From the NCBI GenBank assembly GCA_965249725.1, contig CBDFMQ010000001.1, forward strand, positions 32,001-96,000: a stretch of 64,000 nt of DNA. Reading direction: 5' to 3'. Position 1 is the first letter of the stretch; the number at the start of each line of letters is the position of its first letter. This DNA comes from Longimicrobiales bacterium. Lineage in GTDB: Bacteria; Gemmatimonadota; Gemmatimonadetes; Longimicrobiales; Gaopeijiaceae. Shown here in pieces: positions 1 through 9,868 of this stretch. Made by a program: the position numbers and the translations under genes. The notes below the pieces were generated by a model, which saw only the letters and a program-made list of their open reading frames with translations, ran no database searches and was not told the origin of the DNA.

Positions 1-258
1 GGCTACGTCACCACCTATACCGGCGCTCTGATGGGCACCGGCTCCTCCGACCCCGCCGAGCTCGGGCTGTGGGTCGTCGTCCTGCTCCCGCTCGTCGTCT
101 CCGGCCTGATGGCCGGCATGAAGGTGGGCGAGCTCGCCGCGATGCTCGTCTCAGGTTCCGGATCCGTCGGGTCGGGCATGATGGCGCTCGTGGTCCGTGG
201 CGGCGGGCGCCTCACCGCTGCCGCGAACCCGGCCCGCCCCCCAATTCCCGGAGGCTGA
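1..258 (+). CDS. C-terminus of VirB6/TrbL-like T4SS membrane protein (5' partial)
   Basis: Hydrophobic, Gly/Ala/Ser-rich tail directly upstream of the VirB8-like gene. Confidence 0.55.
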   Translation, partial: GYVTTYTGALMGTGSSDPAELGLWVVVLLPLVVSGLMAGMKVGELAAMLVSGSGSVGSGMMALVVRGGGRLTAAANPARPPIPGG

Positions 259-269
259 AGGAGACGTCC

Positions 270-938
270 ATGAACCGAGAACACGATGCCGGCCGCGAGT
301 ACGCGGAGATCTGGGGTGAGACCGTGCAAGCGAACCGGAAGCTCAGGACGCTGGCGACCATCCTCGCCACCGCGTGCCTCGCGCTCGGCGTGCTCCTGCT
401 CCGGGTCGCGACCGTCGAGCCGCCCAGGCCCATCGTCGTGCGGGTCGACGAGGTCGGCCGCGCCGAGGCCGTGGCCTACGAGGCCGCAACGGCGCAGGCG
501 GATCCGCTCGATCCCACGACCAAGTACTTCCTGAACCGGTTCATCGCCGACTTCTATTCGCGGCGCCGGGCGACGGTCGAGGAGCACTGGACCCGGAGCC
601 TCCGCTTCCTCTCGACCGAGCTGGCGAACGCCGCGTTCACGCGTGACGGCGCCGAGGTCGCCGCGATGGCGGCCGGCACCTCCGACACCGAGCTCCAGGT
701 CGAGCAGGTCGTGCTCCGCATCCACCCCGCACCGGAGGCACCCCACGGCGCGACCGCCGACTTCGACCTGGTCCACCTCCGGCAAGGGCAGGAGACGCTG
801 AGGGAGCGGTGGTCGATCACGCTCCGGTTCACCTTCCTCACCGTCATCCCCTCCCAGCTCGTCGTCTACAACCCGATGGGCATCCTGATCACTTACCTCC
901 AGGCCGACCGGGCCCTGGTCACGGAGCCGCCCAGGTGA
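270..938 (+). CDS. VirB8/TrbF family T4SS protein
   Basis: GGAG RBS, ATG at 270; N-terminal TM, PIVVRVDEVGRAEAV, C-terminal NPMGILIT. Confidence 0.85.
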   Translation: MNREHDAGREYAEIWGETVQANRKLRTLATILATACLALGVLLLRVATVEPPRPIVVRVDEVGRAEAVAYEAATAQADPLDPTTKYFLNRFIADFYSRRRATVEEHWTRSLRFLSTELANAAFTRDGAEVAAMAAGTSDTELQVEQVVLRIHPAPEAPHGATADFDLVHLRQGQETLRERWSITLRFTFLTVIPSQLVVYNPMGILITYLQADRALVTEPPR

Positions 939-1870
939 TCGCGCATCTGCGGGGACGGGAAGCGGCGCTCGAAGCGTTCGGCTGGACGGACCGCGAGGCG
1001 GAGTGGGTCGCCCTGGTCTGTCTCCACAGCGGCGTGTTCACCCGAGACCAGATCTCCGACTGGCTCGGGATCCACCGCCGCACCGCGCGCCGGTTCATCC
1101 GGGACATTTTGGACCAGAGGCTGGCGGCCATGGACAGGCTTGCGGGCCGGAGGGTCTGCCGGATCTCCGCGCGCGCAGTCTACCGGGCGCTCGGAGCCGA
1201 GGATGTCCGCCACCGCCGGATCGCCTCGGCCGAGGTGCTCCTGCGCCGCCTGCTCTCGCTCGACTACGTGATCGGGCACACCGGCCTGCCGTGGCTGCCC
1301 ACCGAACCGGAGAAGGTCGGCGCGTTCGAGGCGCTCGGGCTAGAGCGCAGCATCCTGCCCGTCCGGGTGTACCGGGGCGCCGCAGGCGAGACGCGGCGCT
1401 ACTTCCCCCTCAAACTGCCCGTCGCGCTTGACGGCCAGGGCGCGGTGTTCGTCTACGCCGATCCGGGCCACGAGACCGCCGCGGGGCTCCGCTCCTGGGG
1501 CCGCGCCCACCGGGAACTCTGGGGTGCGCTCAGGGAGCGGGGCCGACCGGTAGAGTCCGTCGCGGTCGTCCTGGGCGGCAGGGAGTTCGAGCGGGCGGAG
1601 AAGGTCCTCGGCAACTGGACCGCGCCGGCCCGGTCCCCCGGCCGGTCCAAAGCATCCGCGACCGGCCGTCGGATCCGCCGCGAAATCGACCGGATCGAAC
1701 AGGCCATCCGCGGCATGGACGAGAGCGTGATCCAAGCGTACGGCAGTCTCCAGGGCTGCCTGGCGCGGATCGTCGAACTCAGGGCCGCGCTCCCGACCGC
1801 GCCCTCGGAAACGATGATCGACGGCTTCACGGTCTGGCGTTCCCCCCGGCTTTCCGGGGGCCTGTTTTGA
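935..1870 (+). CDS. ICE hypothetical protein, possibly HTH/replication-relaxation type
   Basis: GTGA overlap with the virB8 stop; HTH-like N-terminus. Confidence 0.55.
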   Translation: MIAHLRGREAALEAFGWTDREAEWVALVCLHSGVFTRDQISDWLGIHRRTARRFIRDILDQRLAAMDRLAGRRVCRISARAVYRALGAEDVRHRRIASAEVLLRRLLSLDYVIGHTGLPWLPTEPEKVGAFEALGLERSILPVRVYRGAAGETRRYFPLKLPVALDGQGAVFVYADPGHETAAGLRSWGRAHRELWGALRERGRPVESVAVVLGGREFERAEKVLGNWTAPARSPGRSKASATGRRIRREIDRIEQAIRGMDESVIQAYGSLQGCLARIVELRAALPTAPSETMIDGFTVWRSPRLSGGLF

Positions 1871-2174
1871 GCGCCGCACGCGGGCGGCGATGCCGATCCG
1901 TGCGTGTCCGGTTCACTTCGCGGGTGACCGGACACGAAATCGCCGGTCGGACGGACACGGCATCGGCCGTCCAGGTCGCTGGCGCTCTTGCGGTTGCGCC
2001 ACGGCCAGCGGGGCGGCGTTGCCGATCCGCGTGCCTTGGCCGTGGCTGGGAGCGACCCCCCATCTCGGCATGCCTCGATCGGCATCGGGGAGGATGGCGA
2101 TGGGCATCCCCATCGTCCCCTCCGCTGCGGGGTCGCTCCCAGCCAGCAGTCCCTCCGGGAAGGGTGTCGGACCG

Positions 2175-4211
2175 ATGAGGCCCTGGACGCTGGTCATCAT
2201 CGGGGTGGCCCTGACGGCGGCCACGGTCCGCGCGTTCCTGGCGCCGTTTCCGGGCATCGGCGGGAACCCCGTGCTGGACCTGATCGCCTACCACGATCCG
2301 GGCCTACACACGGCGATCCACGTCTGGTACTACGCGGCGCCGGGCATCGCGTTGCTGCTCGCCGGCAGCGTCTGCCTCTCGGTCACGAGGGTCTGGCTCG
2401 AGCCGCGTACCCGGCGCGGCGCTCGCGGGAAGCTGCCCGCCTGGCCCACCTCGCCCGGCGACGAGGCGCCCTCGCTCGTCGTCGGCGAACTGCATCATCC
2501 GACCGTGCCGCGCGAGAGCGAGCGGCCCTCCTGGCTCGTCGTCCCCGAGAAGGGGCTCTACACCGGCGTCCTCATCGTGGGTGCCGTCGGCACCGGCAAG
2601 ACCACCGCCTGCATGTACCCCTTCGCCCAGCAACTGCTCTCCTGGCGGGCCGACGATCCTGGCCGCAGGGCGGGCGCGCTGGTGCTCGAAGTCAAGGGGG
2701 ATTTCTGCCACCAGGTCCGCGGCATCCTCGAGGACGCCGGCCGCGGGGACGACTACCTCGAAATCGGGCTCGACGGCTCCTGGCAGTGGAACCCGCTCGA
2801 CGATCCGCTGCTCGATTCCTACTCGCTGGCCTACGGCGTCGCGTCGCTCATCAACCAGCTCTTCGGCAAGAGTAGAGAACCGTTCTGGCAACAGGCGTAC
2901 ACGAACCTCGTGCGCTGGATCGTGGAGCTGCACCGGCTCCTGCCGGGGGGCTGGGTCACGCTCCGGGACATCTACCGCTGCACCGTGGACGCGGAGTTGT
3001 TCGCGGGGAAGATCGGCGAGGCCCGCGAGATGGCCGACAGGATCTCTCCGGTGGACGCCGTCATCTCCAGCGACGACATGATCGCCCATCCCAAGGCCCT
3101 CAAGAAGTGGGCATGGCGGCAGGTGCCCGGCACGGAGAGCGTGAGCTGCCGGCTCGATGCGGAGCTCGGAGCGCGGCTCGCCAAACTCGAGGTCGCGTAC
3201 GAAACGGAGCGGATGGGTGGCGCCGCGGGGATCGAACTCCGCGAGCAGGTCGAGGCCGTCGAACGATGGTACCTGCACGACTGGATGGCGCTCGACGCCA
3301 AGCTCCGCACCTCGATCGTCGAGGGCATCAGCGTCTTCCTCTCGCTCTTCGACCAGCCGGAGGTCGCCGGCGTGTTCTGTCCGCCGCCGCCGGCTGAGGA
3401 GCCGCCGACTGAAGCTACGCCGGCCGAGAACGACGACCCCGAAAGCGCTGGCCATCCCGTGCCCGGGCTGCGCCGCCGGATGCCGCCGCTCGCCGATCTG
3501 ATCGAAGACGGACGGGTCCTCGCGCTCCACATGCCCGCGGGCGCGAACCCGGCCTTGGCCCGCGCCATCGGCGTGCTGCTCAAGAACGCGTGGATGCAGG
3601 CGCTGCTCCGGCGGCCCGCCGAGGCCGCGCGCCGGCCCGAACGCTACCTGCGGCCCGCCGTGTTCATCTGCGACGAATACCAGGCGTTCGCCACCGTCGG
3701 GCAGGACGATCCGTCCGGCGACGAGAAGGCGTTCGCGCTCACGCGCCAGTGCCGCTGCATACCGATCGTGGCCACGCAGTCGATCTCCTCGCTCCGCTCC
3801 GTGCTGCCCTCGGGCGAGGCCTGGCGCACGCTCGTCCAGACGCTCCGCACCCGGATCTTCCTGTCGCTCTCCGATGAGGCGTCGGCACGGGTCGCGTCCG
3901 AGATGTGCGGCACCGTCATGAAGACGCAGGCCTCCTACACGTTCACCGAGAACACGGGCCGGCCCGAGTTCTCGCTCCTCTCCGGACGCGCCGGAGGCGG
4001 ACGCGGCACGATCGGCGCGAGCAAGTCGTTCCGCCAATCGAGGGAGCCGGTGTTCACGCCCCGCGAGTTCTCGCTGCTCGCCAACTACCAGGCGATCTGC
4101 CTGCCGTATGACGGGGTCGTGTCGCTCCCCGCACGGCGCGTCTACCTCAAGCCCCATTACCTGCCGAGGGAGACCGGCTACTGGCGGCTCCGCGAGGAGG
4201 GCCGGATATGA
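2175..4211 (+). CDS. VirD4/TraD-like type IV coupling protein
   Basis: N-terminal TMs, Walker A GAVGTGKT, Walker B FICDEYQ, IVATQS. Confidence 0.85.
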   Translation: MRPWTLVIIGVALTAATVRAFLAPFPGIGGNPVLDLIAYHDPGLHTAIHVWYYAAPGIALLLAGSVCLSVTRVWLEPRTRRGARGKLPAWPTSPGDEAPSLVVGELHHPTVPRESERPSWLVVPEKGLYTGVLIVGAVGTGKTTACMYPFAQQLLSWRADDPGRRAGALVLEVKGDFCHQVRGILEDAGRGDDYLEIGLDGSWQWNPLDDPLLDSYSLAYGVASLINQLFGKSREPFWQQAYTNLVRWIVELHRLLPGGWVTLRDIYRCTVDAELFAGKIGEAREMADRISPVDAVISSDDMIAHPKALKKWAWRQVPGTESVSCRLDAELGARLAKLEVAYETERMGGAAGIELREQVEAVERWYLHDWMALDAKLRTSIVEGISVFLSLFDQPEVAGVFCPPPPAEEPPTEATPAENDDPESAGHPVPGLRRRMPPLADLIEDGRVLALHMPAGANPALARAIGVLLKNAWMQALLRRPAEAARRPERYLRPAVFICDEYQAFATVGQDDPSGDEKAFALTRQCRCIPIVATQSISSLRSVLPSGEAWRTLVQTLRTRIFLSLSDEASARVASEMCGTVMKTQASYTFTENTGRPEFSLLSGRAGGGRGTIGASKSFRQSREPVFTPREFSLLANYQAICLPYDGVVSLPARRVYLKPHYLPRETGYWRLREEGRI

Positions 4212-5191
4212 AGCGCGCGAGCGGCGTCGGCCACCTCACTCCGTTCCTCCCGGGCCTTGGAGCCCTGCTCGATGACCCCGAAGTCTCCGAGATCATGATC
4301 AACGGACCCGCGAACGTCTGGGTCGAGCGGGCGGGGAAGCTCGAGCCCCACGAGGCACCCGGACTCACCGCCGCCTGGCTCCACCGCGCCGCGATCCACA
4401 TCGCCCGGCCGCTCGGGCTCGATCCCGCCGCGAGGCCCATCCTCGACGCCCGGCTCAGCGACGGATCCCGGGTCGCCATCTGCACCCCGCCCGCGGCGCC
4501 CGAGGTCGCCATCACCATCCGCCGGTTCGGGGGCCGGGCGTTCTCGCCCGAGGACTTGGTGCGCATGGGCTCGCTGCCGGAGGCGGTCCTCCGGTCCGCC
4601 CGCACCACGCTTGCGGCCCGCAGGAACATCCTCGTCTCCGGGGGGACGGGGTCGGGCAAGACCACGCTGCTGAACGCGCTGATCGAACTGCTCCCCGAGG
4701 ACGAGCGGATCGTCGCGATCGAGGACACGCTCGAGCTCAGGATCGACCGCGCGAACTGCGTCCGTTTCGAGGCCGGGGCCATCGGCTCGGAAGCACCCGT
4801 ATCGATCCGGGACCTGGTGCGCCACGCGCTCCGCCACCGGCCCGACCACATCGTCGTCGGCGAGGTGCGCGGCGCCGAGGCCGCCGATCTGCTCCAGGCG
4901 CTCAACACCGGCCACGGCGGCTCGCTCACCACCGTGCACGCCAACAACGCCCGCTCCGCGCTCTCGCGCCTCGCGAGCTGCGCCATGCAGGCCGAGGGCG
5001 CGCTCCCCTGGGAGGTCACCTGCCGGGGCGTCGTGGACGGGATCTCGCTCGTTGTCCACATGACCCGGCGAGGGGGCCGACGGTTCGTCGAGGAAGCGCT
5101 CCGTGTGAAGGGCTACGAGGCGGCCGCCAACCGCTGGCTCACCGAACCCGTCTGGAGGAAGGACGATGAAGAACCAACAGCCAAGGAGTGA
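4208..5191 (+). CDS. VirB11/TrbB/CpaF secretion ATPase
   Basis: GGTGSGKTT, IEDTLEL, LRHRPDHIVVGEVRG, NTGHGGSLTTVHAN. Confidence 0.93.
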   Translation: MKRASGVGHLTPFLPGLGALLDDPEVSEIMINGPANVWVERAGKLEPHEAPGLTAAWLHRAAIHIARPLGLDPAARPILDARLSDGSRVAICTPPAAPEVAITIRRFGGRAFSPEDLVRMGSLPEAVLRSARTTLAARRNILVSGGTGSGKTTLLNALIELLPEDERIVAIEDTLELRIDRANCVRFEAGAIGSEAPVSIRDLVRHALRHRPDHIVVGEVRGAEAADLLQALNTGHGGSLTTVHANNARSALSRLASCAMQAEGALPWEVTCRGVVDGISLVVHMTRRGGRRFVEEALRVKGYEAAANRWLTEPVWRKDDEEPTAKE

Positions 5192-5195
5192 CGAC

Positions 5196-5396
5196 ATGGA
5201 AAGCGACGAGAAGATCGTCCGCGTCGAGACGCTCGACGACTTCGACCGGGAGCTCGGACGGGACGGGGGCGAGACCCTCCAGGTCCCGGCCTCATTGGCA
5301 GAAGAGTACGGCCTCTTCCCCGAGGACGTGGGGAGCGAGGGGGAGATCCGGGACGCCTCGGAGGATCCGCACGACCCCGAGGAGGAAGAGCTATGA
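5196..5396 (+). CDS. Small highly acidic protein (66 aa)
   Basis: AAGGAG RBS; stop overlaps the ardC start; about 24 D/E residues. Confidence 0.6.
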   Translation: MESDEKIVRVETLDDFDRELGRDGGETLQVPASLAEEYGLFPEDVGSEGEIRDASEDPHDPEEEEL

Positions 5397-6202
5397 AACA
5401 CGACGAATACCACCGCCAGTTCGCCGATGCGATCATCGAGCAGATCCGCCAGGGCACCGCGCCGTGGCAGAAGCCCTGGGGGCCGGGCGAGCGCGTGCTC
5501 CCCACGAACGTCGATACCGGACGCTCCTACTCGGGAGGGAACAGCCTGCACCTTGCCGCCGTCCAGCAGGAGCGCGGCTACGGCGACGTGTGCTGGGGCA
5601 CCTACCGTCAGATCCAGGCCCGGGGCGGCCAAGTCAGAAAAGGCGAGCAGGGCACCCGCATCCTCTCATTCCAGGACCACCGGAGGATCGCCGTCACCGA
5701 CGAGCGCGGCCGGCCCGTCAGGGACAACGAAGGCAATCGCGTCTACCGCCACGAGCGGATGCGCGCGCCTGTCGTCCGGCAGTACAACGTCTTCAACGCC
5801 GAGCAGGCCGACGGGTTGCCCGCGCGGCCCGCGCCCGCTGCCGAACCGCTCTGGAGAGTCCACCAGCACGCCGAGAGGGTGCTGGAGGACAGCGGGGTCC
5901 CCGTCCGTCACGTGGCCGGCGACCGCGCGTTCTACTCGCTGAACAACGACGAGATCGTGCTCCCGGAGCGGGGACAGTTCCCCTCGGCCAACCACTACTA
6001 CCAGACCGCCCTGCACGAGCTGGGGCACAGCACCGGCCATCCCGAGCGGATGAACCGCGCAACGCTCACCCAAGGGATGAACGACGGGTTCGGCTCGCCG
6101 GCCTATGCGAAAGAGGAGCTACGCGCGGAGATCAGCGCCATGATGACCATTATCCGGAGGATCGCTCGCGTGGTGTTGAGTTGGATCCTCAAGAAGATCT
6201 GA
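5393..6202 (+). pseudogene. ardC: ArdC-like ssDNA-binding/zincin antirestriction protein, C-terminally truncated
   Basis: APWQKPW, YSGGN, HELGHSTGH, YAKEELRAE; similarity stops after AMMT (~6148). Confidence 0.8.
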
Positions 6203-6255
6203 CGACGGCCCGTCTCCACCTGCCACCTCGCGCGTCCCGCTATCGCTTTCCGATC

Positions 6256-6579
6256 CTAGGCCCTGCGGATCGCGGCTCCCACCACCGCGGCGGTCGAAGC
6301 CAAGACGGCGGGGAACAGCAGGGTCGCGAGCAGTAGTGCTCGGCCCGGCAATCCCATGATGGCACCCAGGGACACCGAGAGCTCCGATACGGGTCCTGCC
6401 CACCAATTCCACGCCATCAGGGCGCCCCACGCCAACAGTGCACTGATTCCGGCGGTGGCCGCAGCGGTACGGTCCGCCGAACGCCAGGCTCCATAGGCCA
6501 GTCCCAAAGCGGGAACGGCCCACCACCCAAGCGCCGCGGTACCCACGGCCATCGCGCCGGCCAGGACTAGCAGCGTCAC
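6256..6579 (-). CDS. Small multi-pass membrane protein
   Basis: Hydrophobic 107-aa ORF downstream of the acylase. Confidence 0.6.
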   Translation of the reverse strand: MTLLVLAGAMAVGTAALGWWAVPALGLAYGAWRSADRTAAATAGISALLAWGALMAWNWWAGPVSELSVSLGAIMGLPGRALLLATLLFPAVLASTAAVVGAAIRRA

Positions 6580-6601
6580 CGTTCGCCCCTCAATCGAAGG
6601 G

Positions 6602-9085
6602 TCACTGTTCGCCCCCCGGTCGGAGGATTGCGCGTGACCGGGCTAGACCCGAGAGCTCCTCCGCACCCCTCGGGAACCGCAGAGGCTGGAGTTCGCCCTC
6701 GACCCAATCGTCGATCCGATCCAGGTAGGCGGGGCTGAGGGGATGGCCCGACTGTCCGCCGGGATACGTGCCGCGTCCCTCCACCTCTTCGCCCAGCTCC
6801 ACGACCATGCGCCAGCTCGCACCGTTTCTGCCGTTGCCCGAATTGGGATTCAACGTCTCCGGTCCTCCGCGGATTGGGAGATTCAACGCCGAGAACGGCG
6901 AAAGCCCCAGGAAGTGCACGACGTTCGCCGTCGCTACGCGATTCCACACCCAGCCGTCCTCCGACTCGGGACCGTAGGCCTCGCGGGCCGCTACGAGGGC
7001 GGCGTCCAGTGACGAAGTGAGAATGTCGTCGCGACCCTCGGTGACCCCAGGAGTCGAACGGTCGTCCCACCAGGCGTTTGCCGGATCCGAGAGAAGCGCC
7101 GCGAGGATGGCGGTCCTGGGAGTCGCGACCCGCCGACCATCGGGGCCGATCAGTTCGTCCCAGGTGCGGTCCGCGAGTTCGTCCATCGCCAGCTCGAACA
7201 GTGCGGCTCGGGTGTTGTCCGTAGTGTACCTTCGGTCCCACTCGGCCAGCAGCCTGCCGGCCTCCGACGGTCCGCTTCCATCGTCTGCTGCCTCGAGGAA
7301 CGCCTCCACGAACACGTCGGCGCGTGGGCTGCCCGGGTCGGTCTGGAATCGAGACAGATCCGTCGCGGTAAAAACCGAGTCGGCCCGGAGCAATTGATTG
7401 ATCCGCATGGCGCGCCATGGTGATGGCCAGTTCGCCCCGAGATACCGATCGTCGTATCCGGGGTCCACCGGTTGCTGGTTGCTCGACGTGAGGTAGCCCT
7501 GAGCAGGGTTCGTCGACCCCGGGTAGCTGGACACCGGACGCCAGCCCTGCCAATCGCTGCTCGACGTCGTCCCGTCGAAGACCCAGTCGCCACCGGTCCC
7601 GGGCGGGCGTATCGGATAGCGACCCGTCGAGCGGACGGCGATGTTCCCCTGTCGGTCGGCAACGAGCCCGTTCTGGGTCGGTGCCACCCACGTCTCCATG
7701 GCCGACATCCACTCGTCCACCGAGCGAGCTTGGTTGACGCCCAGAAGCGCCGAGAGCTCACCCTGGTCCTCCAGCACGGTCCAACGGAGCGACACGTACT
7801 GGCCGGAGTCGTGGCTCACGGGTCCTCGGTGCGTATGCAGAATGGTGTCAACCGTGATCACCGAGCCGTTCTGTGCCCTGTATGTCTCGACGCGCTCCTC
7901 GAAGGGGTGCCACTCCCCGTCCAGCCGGTAGTTACGGGGGTGGTCGGTGTCATCGACAGTCTCCCGGTACAGGTCCATGACGTCGGACCCGGTGTTGGTG
8001 AAGCTCCACGCGATGTCGCGGTTGAAGCCGATCGTAATGGTCGGAGTCCCGGGGATCGTCACACCGTAGACGTCCAGCTCTCCGTCGACGACCAGGTGTG
8101 CCTCGTACCAGATGCTGGGCAAGGTGAAGTCGAGGTGTGGGTCACCGGCGAGGATGGCGTGTCCCTCGGCCGATCGCGACGGTCCGATGGCCCAGTTGTT
8201 CGAGCCGAGAACCGTCTCACCCCCGTCGTTGCCGCTGAAGTCCATGGGGCCGAGGAACGTCTGCAGAGCCGCGACCTGAGCCATCATCTCGGGGGCGGGC
8301 TCGCCCGGGGGTGGCAGCGTCACCCGCTCAAAGCGGGCGTCGCGCAAACCGTTGGGTTGGATGGGCTCCTGGATGGGGGCGTTCACCGGAAATAGTCCGT
8401 CAGCCGCCTCGCGCCCCGCCAGTGCAGCCACCGCGTTCTTGCGGCGCTCGGTGTTGATCATCGCGAGCGTCCAGCCCATCCGCTTGAGCAGGTACAGCGA
8501 ATGCTGAGGCTTCCAGGGGCTAGGTGTCCGGCTCAGAAGCCGATACTCCAGCGGGACGTCCGCGGGGGACATCGCGCTGATCCAGGCGTTGACGCCGTCT
8601 GAATACGCCTCGAGATAGGTCATGAGCTCAGAGCCGGACTCCATCTTTGCGTAGTCCCGCTCGGCCGACCACGCGAGGGCCAACCGCCTCGATTGTCGAT
8701 CGGCCTCGATCGCCGCCTCTCCGACGAGTTCCGTCAGCGTGCCGGCTGTAGCTCGGGTCTGAAGCTCCAGTTGGAACAGACGATCGCGGGCGACGGCGTA
8801 CCCGAGGCCGCGCATCACGTCTTCTACGCTCTCGGCGAAGATGTGAGGGACACGTCGGTCGTCGTAGACGATTTGGACCTCGCCCGAGAGCCCGGGTACC
8901 TCTAGCCTCACCTCGTCGGGCAGGGTGGCGCTGCGGGCACTGGACCACACCCCGCTCGCAGGATCGAGAAAGGCGCCGAGGGCAGGGATGGGCCCCAGAG
9001 GTCGGGCCCCAACGTAGAGGCCGACGGAGAGCAAGACGGCGCTCGCCACCGTCAGGACCAGGGACCTCAAGCTGTGCTCACTCAC
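6602..9085 (-). CDS. Penicillin acylase family (peptidase S45, Ntn hydrolase)
   Basis: VPHIFA, DRLFQLEL, GSNNW nucleophile, DPHL, GGQSG; GTG start overlapping yjbQ. Confidence 0.92.
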   Translation of the reverse strand: MSEHSLRSLVLTVASAVLLSVGLYVGARPLGPIPALGAFLDPASGVWSSARSATLPDEVRLEVPGLSGEVQIVYDDRRVPHIFAESVEDVMRGLGYAVARDRLFQLELQTRATAGTLTELVGEAAIEADRQSRRLALAWSAERDYAKMESGSELMTYLEAYSDGVNAWISAMSPADVPLEYRLLSRTPSPWKPQHSLYLLKRMGWTLAMINTERRKNAVAALAGREAADGLFPVNAPIQEPIQPNGLRDARFERVTLPPPGEPAPEMMAQVAALQTFLGPMDFSGNDGGETVLGSNNWAIGPSRSAEGHAILAGDPHLDFTLPSIWYEAHLVVDGELDVYGVTIPGTPTITIGFNRDIAWSFTNTGSDVMDLYRETVDDTDHPRNYRLDGEWHPFEERVETYRAQNGSVITVDTILHTHRGPVSHDSGQYVSLRWTVLEDQGELSALLGVNQARSVDEWMSAMETWVAPTQNGLVADRQGNIAVRSTGRYPIRPPGTGGDWVFDGTTSSSDWQGWRPVSSYPGSTNPAQGYLTSSNQQPVDPGYDDRYLGANWPSPWRAMRINQLLRADSVFTATDLSRFQTDPGSPRADVFVEAFLEAADDGSGPSEAGRLLAEWDRRYTTDNTRAALFELAMDELADRTWDELIGPDGRRVATPRTAILAALLSDPANAWWDDRSTPGVTEGRDDILTSSLDAALVAAREAYGPESEDGWVWNRVATANVVHFLGLSPFSALNLPIRGGPETLNPNSGNGRNGASWRMVVELGEEVEGRGTYPGGQSGHPLSPAYLDRIDDWVEGELQPLRFPRGAEELSGLARSRAILRPGGEQ

Positions 9086-9500
9086 CCACGAGGTTGACCA
9101 CGATTTGTCGCTGCCGGGGCCGGGTGTCCAGATCCACCAGGACCACCTGCTGCCAGGTGCCGAGGGGCAGTGCGCCCCCGACGATCGGTAGGGCCAGGGA
9201 CGGTCCGATGAGACTCGCCCGCACGTGGCTGTGACCATTGTCGTCGTGCCACATCTTCTCGTGCTCGTAGTGGCCGTCTCGGGGAGCGAGTCGCTCCAGC
9301 GCTGCGGCGATGTCGTGGCGCACGAGTCCCGGCTCGTACTCGATGGTCGTGAGGGCTGCCGTCGAACCCACGACCATCGCGGTGAGCTGTCCGGTCGTGA
9401 TTCCACTGCCGCCGACCAAGGCCTGAAGGTCGGCGGTCACGTCGAGGATCTGATCGTTCCCTTCGGTCGACAATCCCAACTCGTGGGTGAGGGCTGTCAT
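9078..9500 (-). CDS. yjbQ: YjbQ/UPF0047 family protein
   Basis: GSTAALTTIEYEPG, NGHSH, LGTWQQV. Confidence 0.9.
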   Translation of the reverse strand: MTALTHELGLSTEGNDQILDVTADLQALVGGSGITTGQLTAMVVGSTAALTTIEYEPGLVRHDIAAALERLAPRDGHYEHEKMWHDDNGHSHVRASLIGPSLALPIVGGALPLGTWQQVVLVDLDTRPRQRQIVVNLVGE

Positions 9501-9529
9501 TCCCTAGATGTCACGGCGGTGGCGGAACA

Positions 9530-9736
9530 CTACCGAGCCTCGGCTTGGTAGCCGGCGGCCTCGACTGCAGCGACCAGGTCGGCGTCTGCCACGTCGGTCG
9601 AAAGGGTGACTTGCGCCTGACTCTCCTCTAGCGAGACATCGGCCTCGGTCACACCCTCCAGCCCTTCCAGGGCCGATTTCACATGGCTCACGCAATGTCC
9701 GCAGGACATTCCGGTAACTGCGATTGTCTTGGTCAT
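9530..9736 (-). CDS. Heavy-metal (HMA) chaperone, CopZ-like
   Basis: GMSCGHC motif; AVEAAGY end. Confidence 0.9.
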   Translation of the reverse strand: MTKTIAVTGMSCGHCVSHVKSALEGLEGVTEADVSLEESQAQVTLSTDVADADLVAAVEAAGYQAEAR

Positions 9737-9868
9737 GGAATTCCTACTCGGTTGTCGTTTCGGCTCCAGCGGTGGGGAGCTAGTGTGTGGAGATCGGAGA
9801 GCCCCGCTGCTCTCGAGCCCCGTATTCACACTACCCCCCAGTCTAGTCGATAGCGCCAGATCAGTCAC

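Larger units (their letters stand above)
1..6150 (+). mobile_element. Conjugative element/ICE transfer region, partial
   Basis: Co-oriented, partly coupled VirB6-end/VirB8/VirD4/VirB11/ArdC-like genes; ends abruptly inside ArdC. Confidence 0.8.

Noticed and set aside
2304..4157. Long antisense ORFs (also 4178-5632, 26970-28544, 62159-63121)
   Set aside because: Shadow frames of high-GC genes with no recognisable motifs.
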